Part shown: piece by piece, positions 55,527-64,000 of the stretch
How the letters are laid out: each line of letters opens with the position of its first letter
How positions within the stretch are numbered: the first letter of the stretch is position 1
Assembly (NCBI GenBank): GCA_035562755.1
Contig: DATMWA010000057.1
Location: forward strand, 3,535 to 67,534
Reading direction: 5' to 3'
Source: Anaerolineales bacterium
GTDB taxonomy: Bacteria > Chloroflexota > Anaerolineae > Anaerolineales > Villigracilaceae
Length of the DNA: 64,000 nt
Notes under the pieces: model-generated
What the model was told of the DNA's origin: nothing
The model's database searches: none
Seen by the model: the letters and a program-made list of their open reading frames with translations, nothing else
Program-made: the position numbers and the translations under genes

Positions 55527-56552
55527 ATGGCTCGTGGGACAAGATTATTATTAATCCTTATCATCCTGATCGTAATTCTGAGCGGGATCGCCTATGTCTT
55601 TATGAATACCGATCTCTTAAACGGTTTAATCGGAGCGCAGACACAGGCTTCGGTAGAGACTAAGCAAGTAGTTGCCCTGGCGGCAACTGTCAACGAGGGT
55701 GAGGAAATTACCGCCGCCGCGTTGACAATGGTAGCCCTACCCGCGGCGCAGGTTTCTGAAGATTTGATCGTTGATCCAAATCTCGTCGTCGGTAAATTCG
55801 CAAAAGTTACTTTAAGTCAGGGCGTAACGGTAACCCAGAATATGGTATCTGACAAACCTGGGCTTTCAACCGGTGGTCCTGTCCCTGCTAACGCTCAAAG
55901 ACTGATTCCTCCGGGAATGGTCGCGGTAACCATACCAATTGAGAAATTAAACTCTGTTGGTTATGGTATTCAAGATGGCAACCATGTGAATGTAATCGCG
56001 ACAGCCAGCTTTTATGACGTCGATCCGGAATTTCAAACCAAATTCCCCAATCAAAGTTCCGGTATCACTGGCCCAACTGACCTAAATGGTATTAGACCAG
56101 AGATGGTGTCACAATCAAGCAGCGGAATAGATGGCCGGGCAGAACAAGACGGGAACCTGCAACAATATTTTTATGTTGTGCCGTCCGAATTACAACGCCC
56201 GCGGACTGTGAGTCAGATGATTCTCCAAAACGTCGAGGTGTTACACATAGGTACGTTTATTGATACCCGACCTCCTGAAACCAGAGATGAGAACGGCAAT
56301 CCCGTTCCACAGCCACCTTTGATCCCCGATGTAATTTCCTTAATCGTTACCCCTCAGGATGCCATCGCCTTGTCATATCTGTTAGAACTTGAAGTTAGAT
56401 TCAATCTCACACTTCGGAACGATGAAGACATCAACGTTACCGATACGGTCAGCACCGATATGGAGTATTTCCTCAGCCAATATAATGTTGTAATTCCTGA
56501 GAAATTACCTTATATAATGGATAACAATATTTATTATCCAACTACTCCATAA
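55527..56552 (+). CDS. cpaB: Flp/Tad pilus assembly protein CpaB (RcpC)
   Basis: N-terminal TM helix LLLILIILIVILSGIAYVF, a SAF-like domain (VVALAATVNEGEEITAAAL), and position at the head of the tad ATPase genes. Confidence 0.8.
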   Translation: MARGTRLLLILIILIVILSGIAYVFMNTDLLNGLIGAQTQASVETKQVVALAATVNEGEEITAAALTMVALPAAQVSEDLIVDPNLVVGKFAKVTLSQGVTVTQNMVSDKPGLSTGGPVPANAQRLIPPGMVAVTIPIEKLNSVGYGIQDGNHVNVIATASFYDVDPEFQTKFPNQSSGITGPTDLNGIRPEMVSQSSSGIDGRAEQDGNLQQYFYVVPSELQRPRTVSQMILQNVEVLHIGTFIDTRPPETRDENGNPVPQPPLIPDVISLIVTPQDAIALSYLLELEVRFNLTLRNDEDINVTDTVSTDMEYFLSQYNVVIPEKLPYIMDNNIYYPTTP

Positions 56553-56570
56553 CAAAGGAACTTTTGACAG

Positions 56571-57800
56571 ATGCCAAATCCTGACCTAGCCAAAATTCGA
56601 CTTGTTGTTGTCGATGACATCAGCAACACTCGAGACAATATCATTCATCTGCTTGAATTTGAGACGGATATCGATGTAATTGCCTCAGTTGGCTCAGGTC
56701 AGGAGGCGATTGATGTCTGTGAAAAATCTGATCCGGATGTCGTTTTAATGGACATCAACATGCCGGATATGGATGGGATCAAGGCAACAGAGATTATTCA
56801 TTCAAGAGACACTGCGGCGCAAGTGATCATGCTTACCGTACAAGGTGAGATAAGTTACATGCGCAAGGCGATGATTGCTGGAGCACGTGATTACCTAACC
56901 AAACCGCCGGAACCGGATGAATTGATTTCAACAATTCGGAGGGCGGCGGCTTTCGCTCGGGATGAGCGAAAACGCAGGCAAGCCGAACGGGCTGCCTTGC
57001 TGGCGGCATCCGCGGCTGGCGAGCCAATTCAACAAAGCGGCCATTTGGTGATGGTCTACGCCCCCAAGGGCGGAAGTGGCGTAACTACCCTGAGTGTGAA
57101 TGTCGCGTGCGCCTTACAAGCCATGGCTGGAAAAACTCTCCTGATGGACGCAAACAACCAATACGGCGATGTTCCGATGTTCATCAATCAGAATTCGCGA
57201 TACAGCATCCTTGATTTCACGACTCGCGCGGATCAACTTGACTCCGAAGTGATCGCTTCTCTTGTAATGCGCCATAAATCATCCGACTTGGATGTAGTAC
57301 TTGGAACACCGAAATTCGAGCTCGCGGAACAGATTCAAGCTGAATCTCTCGGAATCGCAATCGATGCACTCCTGCTTGAATACAAATTTATCGTCGCTGA
57401 TCTTCCAAGACAGATCGATGACCTATTTTTAACAATTTTAGACCGGGCATCCTTGATTATCATACCGATTATGCAAGACCTCCCGGCGATTCGGAATGCC
57501 CAAATCTTCCTTGACCTGATGAATACACTCAATGTCAGCAAGGATAAAATTTTGATGGTAATGAACAAAGCTGATAAAAGGATCAGTATTAGCGCTGAGC
57601 GAATCAGTAAAAATTTGAAAATCCCGATTGAGCACGAAATCAATTTGGATGAAAAGACCGTCCTTACCTCCATTAACCGAGGGATCCCGTTTACGATTGA
57701 CACGGAAGAAACTGAAATTAAAAGGCAAACCCTGGATGTCGCTCGCAAAGTAATGGAATTGGCAAGTTCCGAAATTGAATCAGATCAGAGGAAATCGTAA
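56571..57800 (+). CDS. cpaE: Response-regulator receiver fused to a CpaE/TadZ-type (MinD/ParA-like) ATPase
   Basis: Canonical REC residues (VVVDD, VLMDINMP, IMLT, LTKP) followed by the deviant Walker A YAPKGGSGVTT. Confidence 0.85.
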   Translation: MPNPDLAKIRLVVVDDISNTRDNIIHLLEFETDIDVIASVGSGQEAIDVCEKSDPDVVLMDINMPDMDGIKATEIIHSRDTAAQVIMLTVQGEISYMRKAMIAGARDYLTKPPEPDELISTIRRAAAFARDERKRRQAERAALLAASAAGEPIQQSGHLVMVYAPKGGSGVTTLSVNVACALQAMAGKTLLMDANNQYGDVPMFINQNSRYSILDFTTRADQLDSEVIASLVMRHKSSDLDVVLGTPKFELAEQIQAESLGIAIDALLLEYKFIVADLPRQIDDLFLTILDRASLIIIPIMQDLPAIRNAQIFLDLMNTLNVSKDKILMVMNKADKRISISAERISKNLKIPIEHEINLDEKTVLTSINRGIPFTIDTEETEIKRQTLDVARKVMELASSEIESDQRKS

Positions 57801-59215
57801 TGTCGTTATTAAAACGGCTGGAGCAAGAACAAGGTCGACACGAGCCATCCCCGGAAAAGCAACCATCACCACCCAAAAAAGGCATCGGGAGCGGTATCAA
57901 GGGAGCGGTGAAGTCTGCTGGCTCCAGTGGCGGCGATAACGCCCGCGGAGCTGTTTCGGATATTAAAAACCGGGTTCAAAACAAGCTTATCAATGAACTT
58001 AACGCGGATATGGATATTTCGAAAACGGATGAAGTCCGCAAGCAGATTCTATCCAATTTCGAGGACATCCTGAGTGAGGAAAACATCATCCTCACCCGCC
58101 CAGAAAAACAACGTTTATTTGAACAAATCATCGCTGATATTCTGGGATATGGTCCGTTACAACCATTACTTGAGGATGACTCAATCAGCGAAATCATGGT
58201 TAACGGCTCGGATCAAATTTACATCGAGCGCAAAGGCAAACTGATGCGCGTCCCTGCCAAATTTGATAACAATGATCACGTGAAATCAGTAATTGATCGT
58301 ATCGTTGCCCCCCTTGGCAGGCGGGTTGACGAATCCAGCCCTTATGTTGATGCCCGCTTACCGGATGGTTCCCGGGTTAACGCGATCATTCCACCGATCA
58401 GTCTGGTTGGCCCAACGCTGACGATTCGTAAATTTGCCAAAAATCCGATCACGATCGAAAATATGGTTAATTATGGATCAATCACTCCGGACGCAGTTGA
58501 ATTTCTTAAGGCATGTGTTTTCGCACGTTGTAACATCGTTATCTCAGGTGGTACGGGTTCTGGTAAAACAACACTCCTCAATGTCCTTTCTGGTTTTATT
58601 CCAGATGACGAACGAATCATCACCATTGAAAACGCGGCAGAGTTGCAACTTCGCCAGGAACATGTAATCACTTTGGAATCCAGACCTGAGAACATTGAGG
58701 GCAAAGGCGAAATTACGATTCGGCAATTGGTAGTCAACGCCTTGCGGATGCGTCCTGATCGGATTGTTGTTGGGGAAATTAGAGACGAAGCCGCCTTGGA
58801 TATGCTTCAGGCAATGAACACCGGTCATGATGGTTCGATGACCACCCTTCACTCCAATAGTCCAAAAGATACCCTCAGCCGTCTCGAAACCATGGTTTTA
58901 ATGTCAGGAATGGACTTGCCAGTCAGGGCGATTCGAGAACAAGTTTCCTCCGCGGTGGATGTTATTTGTCATCAAGAGAGAATGCGGGATGGTACGCGTA
59001 AGGTAACACATATCACAGAAGTAAGCGGCATGGAAGGTGATGTGATTACGACAACCGATCTTTTTGTATTCAACCAAACAGGTATTGATAACGGAAGGAT
59101 CAACGGAACCCTTCGACCGACAGGCTTGGCACCGAGTTTTATGGAGAAATTTGAGTCCGCTGGTATTGCAGTACCCCTTACACTCTTTGGGTTAAATACC
59201 CGGAGGAGTGGTTAG
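57800..59215 (+). CDS. cpaF: CpaF/TadA family secretion ATPase
   Basis: Walker A SGGTGSGKTTLLN, Asp/His boxes (GEIRD, NTGHDGSMTTLH). The start overlaps the cpaE stop (TAATG). Confidence 0.9.
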   Translation: MSLLKRLEQEQGRHEPSPEKQPSPPKKGIGSGIKGAVKSAGSSGGDNARGAVSDIKNRVQNKLINELNADMDISKTDEVRKQILSNFEDILSEENIILTRPEKQRLFEQIIADILGYGPLQPLLEDDSISEIMVNGSDQIYIERKGKLMRVPAKFDNNDHVKSVIDRIVAPLGRRVDESSPYVDARLPDGSRVNAIIPPISLVGPTLTIRKFAKNPITIENMVNYGSITPDAVEFLKACVFARCNIVISGGTGSGKTTLLNVLSGFIPDDERIITIENAAELQLRQEHVITLESRPENIEGKGEITIRQLVVNALRMRPDRIVVGEIRDEAALDMLQAMNTGHDGSMTTLHSNSPKDTLSRLETMVLMSGMDLPVRAIREQVSSAVDVICHQERMRDGTRKVTHITEVSGMEGDVITTTDLFVFNQTGIDNGRINGTLRPTGLAPSFMEKFESAGIAVPLTLFGLNTRRSG

Positions 59216-59238
59216 GAGATCAACGAAATCGAGGCGTT

Positions 59239-60216
59239 ATGAATTGGATCGTAATTATCATCGGACTTATCGTACTCGCGGCTTTGATTATCGCTTTGGT
59301 TTATTTATCGAAAGATCCAAAATCAACCCCTGACCTTGAAGGCAGGTTGAGCGGATTTCAAAGCGAGGGGGAAGCGGCGATTGTTGACCTTTCAGACGTG
59401 GAAGGTAAAAGGGTCCTTACTGAATGGGTTAACAAACGGGTAGAACAATCTTCCTTTGGGGATCGACTTCAAAAAAGCCTTTCCCAAGCGGATATGAAAT
59501 TTAAGAGCGGGGAATTTATTGCGCTCATCGTAATTTTGGTGATTTTCTTAAGCGGGCTTGGATTTTTGTTTATCGGTACATCGATCGAGGCAAAAATCTT
59601 TTCGGGCTTTTTAGGCGCGGTAATGGGGATTATGTTGCCGATCGTTTATTTAAACTCGCAAAAAGGCAATCGTCTAAAAAAATTTAACAAACAATTACCT
59701 GACATGTTGAACCTGATGGTTAACGGTTTACAAGCAGGTTTTTCTACCATGCAAGCTCTGGAATCGGTAGCGAGTGAAATGCCCGCCCCGATCAGTGAGG
59801 AATTCCATCGGGTTGTCCAGGAAATGCAGCTTGGTGTACCGATGGAAAAAGCCTTGGCAAACCTGTTGCGAAGGATACCGAGTTCCGATTTGGATTTTAT
59901 TATCACCGCGATCAATGTCCAGCGCGAGGTCGGCGGACCGTTGGCAAATATTTTGGATACGATTTCCCACACAATCCGGGAGAGGATTAAGATAAAAGGC
60001 GAGATTAGAGTATTGGTGGCAACGGTTACCACATCCGCCAAAATTCTATCTGGCGTGCCTTTCGCGGTGTTTGGGATATTGTGGCTGGTAAGCCAGGATT
60101 ACATGAGTGAATATTTTAAGAATTTGACCTGTGGTTTGACAGCAATCGGAGTTGGAGTTGTATTGATAGGCATGGGTTATTGGGTGATGATGAAGATGGC
60201 GGATATCGAGGTTTAA
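59239..60216 (+). CDS. tadB: Tad pilus platform protein TadB (T2SS F domain)
   Basis: N-terminal TM helix, a central T2SSF helical domain (LPDMLNLMVNGLQAGFS...), C-terminal TM helices. Confidence 0.85.
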   Translation: MNWIVIIIGLIVLAALIIALVYLSKDPKSTPDLEGRLSGFQSEGEAAIVDLSDVEGKRVLTEWVNKRVEQSSFGDRLQKSLSQADMKFKSGEFIALIVILVIFLSGLGFLFIGTSIEAKIFSGFLGAVMGIMLPIVYLNSQKGNRLKKFNKQLPDMLNLMVNGLQAGFSTMQALESVASEMPAPISEEFHRVVQEMQLGVPMEKALANLLRRIPSSDLDFIITAINVQREVGGPLANILDTISHTIRERIKIKGEIRVLVATVTTSAKILSGVPFAVFGILWLVSQDYMSEYFKNLTCGLTAIGVGVVLIGMGYWVMMKMADIEV

Positions 60217-60217
60217 T

Positions 60218-61165
60218 ATGGATTGGGCTAGCGTAGTTTTAATCTTATTGGCAGTTGGGTTGGGAATCGTCTGGTTTGCGGTCTTATTAAGCTCAAGGAT
60301 TCCGCAACAAGAATCAGAGGCATTGTTAAAGCGATTAGAGGAGTTGGCTGCGAAGGAAGAATCCGCCACCATAGAAGAGATAGAAATGGCTTTACCGTTC
60401 TCGGAGAGGGTGGTTTATCCATTTCTACGAAAATTGGGTGAGCGGGCAACCCGTAATACAAAGAAAAATGTTTTACTTGACATCGAGCGGAAAATCATTC
60501 TGGCCGGAAGATCCGGATCGCTTGAACCTTCGATGCTCCTCTCGACCCGTTTTATTGTAATGCTTATCTTCGCGGCATTTACATTCCTCATGGCGAAGTT
60601 CACAATCCTCAACCAAAGCTACACCCAATCCATTGTATATGCCCTGATAGCTGGTTTGCTAGGCTATAATTTTCCGGTTCTTTGGTTGAATGGCGAAGTG
60701 AAGAAGAGACAGCAAGCCATTCGAAAAGAGATGCCAGACGCGCTGGATTTGTTAACCATCTGTGTTGAAGCCGGCCTCGGATTTGACGCTGCCATGTCGA
60801 AAGTCGCCAGTAAATGGGATAATGAGCTTTCTCAAGCTTTCGCGATTACGATCAAAGAGATGCAATTGGGAAAGAATCGACGTGAAGCGCTGAAAAACAT
60901 GGCGGATCGGATTGACATTCCGGAGATGACCAGTTTTGTAGCGGCATTGATCCAAAGTGAACAATTAGGGGTAAGTCTATCCAAGGTATTGCACATTCAA
61001 TCAGAGCAAATGAGAATTTTTCGCCGTCAAACTGCGGAAGAGAAAGCTCATGGAGCACCGGTTAAAATGTTATTGCCAATGATGGCGTTGATCTTTCCAT
61101 CGATTTTTATTGTTATTCTGACTCCAGCGGTATTAAAATTCATGCGGATGGAAGTATTTAAGTAA
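60218..61165 (+). CDS. tadC: Tad pilus platform protein TadC (T2SS F domain)
   Basis: Paralogous T2SSF architecture (MPDALDLLTICVEAGLGFDAA...). Starts 1 nt after the tadB stop. Confidence 0.85.
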   Translation: MDWASVVLILLAVGLGIVWFAVLLSSRIPQQESEALLKRLEELAAKEESATIEEIEMALPFSERVVYPFLRKLGERATRNTKKNVLLDIERKIILAGRSGSLEPSMLLSTRFIVMLIFAAFTFLMAKFTILNQSYTQSIVYALIAGLLGYNFPVLWLNGEVKKRQQAIRKEMPDALDLLTICVEAGLGFDAAMSKVASKWDNELSQAFAITIKEMQLGKNRREALKNMADRIDIPEMTSFVAALIQSEQLGVSLSKVLHIQSEQMRIFRRQTAEEKAHGAPVKMLLPMMALIFPSIFIVILTPAVLKFMRMEVFK

Positions 61166-61177
61166 AAGAGAATAAGC

Positions 61178-61948
61178 ATGGGGAAGGATAAAAATTTTAC
61201 GCATAGCCAATTTTGGGCTTTGGCGGATCTTATCTTTCCTCCGCAATGCGCGGGTTGCGGAAAGCCTGGTACCCGCTGGTGTAATAAATGTTCGGATAAT
61301 ATAAAACCCTTGCCCTTGCCTGCCTGTGAAAAATGCGGCGAACCATTATCTCACCATCGATATAATCTCTGTCGACGATGCCGGCAGAATCAGCCTGTTT
61401 TTGAAAAAGTTCACATTCTTGGAAGTTTCAGCGAACCGCTGCGTTCCGCATTACTGCGGTTAAAGTATTACGGTGACCAAGCCATTGGAGAAAATCTTGC
61501 TGCTGATTTGGCTGATTTCTTAATAGAGCGCGATGTAAACGCCGATATTGTGATACCGATCCCTATTTCCGCAAAAAAATTGCAAGAACGAGGATATAAC
61601 CAGGTTGAGAAGATTGCCAAGCCTCTCGCGCGGATGATGGATTTGGAATTTGATCGCCTGAGTTTGATTCAACTCAAGGAAAATCGCAGCCAGGTAGGAT
61701 TGAGTGAACAGGAACGACGGGAAAATGTCCGTGACGTATTCAGGATGATTGGGGATAAATTACGCGGGAAACGAATTCTATTGGTCGATGACACGACCAC
61801 GACCGGCGCGACGATTGACTTCGCCAGCCGGGTGTTAATGGCTGGTGGAGCAGGTTCGGTGGTCTGCGCGGTGGTCGCCAAGGCTTTGATTCAGAATTTA
61901 AATGATGCTATGATTAATGTAGAACATCCAAATCCCAGCCGGATGTGA
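61178..61948 (+). CDS. comF: ComF family protein (ComFC-like phosphoribosyltransferase)
   Basis: N-terminal Cys4 zinc finger (CAGCG...CNKC...CEKCG...CRRC) and the PRTase motif ILLVDDTTTTGAT. Confidence 0.85.
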   Translation: MGKDKNFTHSQFWALADLIFPPQCAGCGKPGTRWCNKCSDNIKPLPLPACEKCGEPLSHHRYNLCRRCRQNQPVFEKVHILGSFSEPLRSALLRLKYYGDQAIGENLAADLADFLIERDVNADIVIPIPISAKKLQERGYNQVEKIAKPLARMMDLEFDRLSLIQLKENRSQVGLSEQERRENVRDVFRMIGDKLRGKRILLVDDTTTTGATIDFASRVLMAGGAGSVVCAVVAKALIQNLNDAMINVEHPNPSRM

Positions 61949-61972
61949 AATAAAAAAAGGTTCGGAGGCATT

Positions 61973-62536
61973 ATGGCACAGAATGTAGAAATTTACGGAC
62001 GAGATTTTGAGGTTACTGACCACATGCACGATTTTGTGACGGGAAAAGTCACAAAGTTTGAACGGCTGCTTGACTCGATCGAATTGATCAGGGTCGAATT
62101 GTCTCATTCCAAAACAGCCCGGAGCGCGATGGACCGTTATACTACCCAAATGACTGTAACTGGAAAAGGTTTTATGCTACGGGCTGAAGAGCGTTCGGAT
62201 GATATTCGGACGGCATTGGACGCCGCTATTGATAAACTTTCACGCCGGATAAATCGATTTAAGGATAAACGGAATAGCAATCGAGGGACCGGTAAAGCGC
62301 TTGGAGAATACGCTGCGGAATTGGAGTATGTTGAGGAAGAAAATGAGCCGCAAGTGGTGGTTAAACGTAAAGCATTTGATTTGATCCCGATGGCAGAGGA
62401 GGAGGCGATTGAGCAAATGAAATTGCTGGGACATGATAATTTCTTTGTTTTCTTCAACGTCAAATCCGGGTCTGTTAATGTACTTTATAAACGACATAAT
62501 GGTCAGTACGGTCTGATCGAACCGCGCGTCCGTTAA
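61973..62536 (+). CDS. hpf: Ribosome hibernation promoting factor, long form
   Basis: S30AE/RaiA N-domain (ITDHMHDFVTGKVTKFERL) plus the C-terminal dimerisation domain (FFVFFNVKSGSVNVLYKRHNGQYGLIEP). Confidence 0.9.
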   Translation: MAQNVEIYGRDFEVTDHMHDFVTGKVTKFERLLDSIELIRVELSHSKTARSAMDRYTTQMTVTGKGFMLRAEERSDDIRTALDAAIDKLSRRINRFKDKRNSNRGTGKALGEYAAELEYVEEENEPQVVVKRKAFDLIPMAEEEAIEQMKLLGHDNFFVFFNVKSGSVNVLYKRHNGQYGLIEPRVR

Positions 62537-62557
62537 GTTTTTTAAGTAAAAATATAT

Positions 62558-62584
62558 GAGCCGTCCATTCAGACGGCTCTTTTT
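62558..62584. terminator. Intrinsic terminator after hpf (shared with the convergent gene)
   Basis: GAGCCGTC-CATTCA-GACGGCTC followed by TTTTT. Confidence 0.8.
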
Positions 62585-63470
62585 ATTCTTCTCGTAAGGA
62601 GTTAGGCAAGGTTAAATTCGGATCAAGAGCGCCTAAATTGGGGACCATTTCCCATACTTCGGTATGCTGGATGGTTTGATTTGGATCGCATGCGAGCAGA
62701 GGAGCCAAACTTTCCAATTCTACAAAGGATTCACAGCCGTAAATTTCAGCATTACACCCTAGATCAGGATAATGAGCGGATGAATCAAAAGAAAAACTCT
62801 TCTTAAAGATTTGTTTGCCGAGAAGGTATGCCATCCAGCCAGATTCGCATCGGGCGCCGATTTTTAATGGTTGACAACGAGGGCTGGAAGTATAAAAGAG
62901 AAAATCATCTGTTATCGCCAAACCGGGATCATGGATTTGTGTATATGGCCAAAACGTGATTTGTCGATTGGGAAGAAGCTGATTTGGGTTAGGCTGGGAA
63001 GGTTGGAGGGGTAAAATGGCGATACCACCTGGCTTCAGCTGAGTAACCGCCCAAGGAGCGAACACAATTGGCCGCGAGTTGTGGTTTGTGAGGGTATGCC
63101 GCAAGGTCAGCTTTGGTAATTCGGGATCAAGGGACAGGTTTATACTTTTACTGATTCCGGTGGCAGGATGCGGCTCTGTTCGCAAGACAACCCTCAGTTG
63201 GTCAATTTTTTCAATGGTGAGGAAAGGTTCGGGTACGTAAGTAAAGGGCATCAATTCAGGTGCTGCCATCAAACGGTGTCCGCCTATAAATTCGAACTGT
63301 CCATATTCGGTTTCGACTGAAGGAAAGTCAGGAAGTTGAGCGAAAAGATTCTCGCCATCATTTGGACAAAACCCGGTGATTCGAGGAATCTCTGGGTGAT
63401 ATTCGATTTTTAATAGAGGATTGAAGAGAGTGTTATCGATCAAGGCCAATTCCTTTGTAAAGGTTAACAA
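62583..63470 (-). CDS. Hypothetical protein, possibly a galactose-mutarotase-like beta-sandwich (DUF4380-like)
   Basis: 295-aa ORF with a TTG start, no TM helix or signal. The motif FIGGHRLMAAPE is reminiscent of that family. Tentative. Confidence 0.45.
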   Translation of the reverse strand: MLTFTKELALIDNTLFNPLLKIEYHPEIPRITGFCPNDGENLFAQLPDFPSVETEYGQFEFIGGHRLMAAPELMPFTYVPEPFLTIEKIDQLRVVLRTEPHPATGISKSINLSLDPELPKLTLRHTLTNHNSRPIVFAPWAVTQLKPGGIAILPLQPSQPNPNQLLPNRQITFWPYTQIHDPGLAITDDFLFYTSSPRCQPLKIGARCESGWMAYLLGKQIFKKSFSFDSSAHYPDLGCNAEIYGCESFVELESLAPLLACDPNQTIQHTEVWEMVPNLGALDPNLTLPNSLREE

Positions 63471-63610
63471 ACAGAAAATATTCTAAAAACAAACAACTTA
63501 GAGAATTATAATTCTCTCCAGATTGGTTGGAAATTGATATTGACTCTGATTTGTCTGACAAATTAGGACATTAGAGGTAAAATAAAACTAATCTAAATTG
63601 GAGATTGACA

Positions 63611-64000
63611 ATGAGCGAATACGATTTTGATGATAATCCTACCGCGGATGTAAATGATAACAAATTTGATCGGAAAGCAATCGAAAATTCTATCCGCGCT
63701 ATTCTGAGCGCGATTGGGGAAGATCCGGAACGTGAAGGTCTGGTTAAAACACCAGAACGGATTTATCGAATGTACGGGGAACTTTTTGCGGGTTACTCCC
63801 AGGATCCTGAAGCCTTGGTAAACAACGCGATTTTTACCGTCCAATATGATGAGATGGTATTAGTAAGAGACATCGAGTTTTATAGCATGTGCGAACATCA
63901 TATGCTGCCTTTCGTTGGGCGGGCGCATGTGGCTTACATTCCGAATGGCAAGGTACTTGGCTTGTCAAAAATTCCGAGAATTGTGGATATGTACGCAAGA
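63611..64000 (+). CDS. folE: GTP cyclohydrolase I FolE, N-terminal about 130 aa; runs off the right edge
   Basis: Absent from the ORF track because there is no stop in the window. ATG 63611 after GGAGA reads MSEYDF...[27 protein letters not shown]...[41 protein letters not shown]. Confidence 0.9.
   Translation, partial: MSEYDFDDNPTADVNDNKFDRKAIENSIRAILSAIGEDPEREGLVKTPERIYRMYGELFAGYSQDPEALVNNAIFTVQYDEMVLVRDIEFYSMCEHHMLPFVGRAHVAYIPNGKVLGLSKIPRIVDMYAR

Noticed and set aside
1-64000. CRISPR arrays, transposases, integrases, prophage or plasmid modules, toxin-antitoxin pairs
   Set aside because: None was seen on either strand. The window reads as a stable core chromosome.

Overview
This is a densely coding 64-kb chromosomal segment with about 60 protein genes, one tRNA-Leu(UAA) and one small SRP RNA. 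I saw no transposase, integrase, phage gene, CRISPR array or long repeat. By inference only, the gene content points to a Chloroflexota (Anaerolineae-like) genome: a Tad pilus locus without a secretin, LCP and VanW wall enzymes, a RodZ-like protein, PT-rich linkers, a Rieske/cytochrome b complex with a multihaem cytochrome c, and cytochrome bd. Most of the window is housekeeping: lon, folC, murJ, rimO, rplI, cydAB, nadE, speHE, greA, mutY, rnj, hpf and folE. I found no clear multi-gene defence or mobile system. The regions most worth a second look are: (1) a partner-switching module with no sigma factor, made of a STAS protein plus a 1227-aa fusion of RsbW-type kinase, five GAF-like repeats and a PP2C phosphatase, with an intrinsic terminator between the two genes; (2) a Tad-type pilus operon headed by a histidine kinase with a degenerate ATP-binding domain, lacking any visible pilin or prepilin peptidase, and followed directly by comF; (3) a stand-alone 790-aa HerA/FtsK-superfamily ATPase with a long coiled-coil tail, followed by a tightly coupled lipid kinase, GNAT and membrane protein trio; (4) an OmpR-type regulator whose receiver has lost every phospho-acceptor residue, converging stop-on-stop with an orphan beta-class DNA methyltransferase that is translationally coupled to an L,D-transpeptidase; (5) an SRP RNA hidden under a spurious 189-aa ORF. 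All functional calls come from motif recognition by eye; no searches were run.
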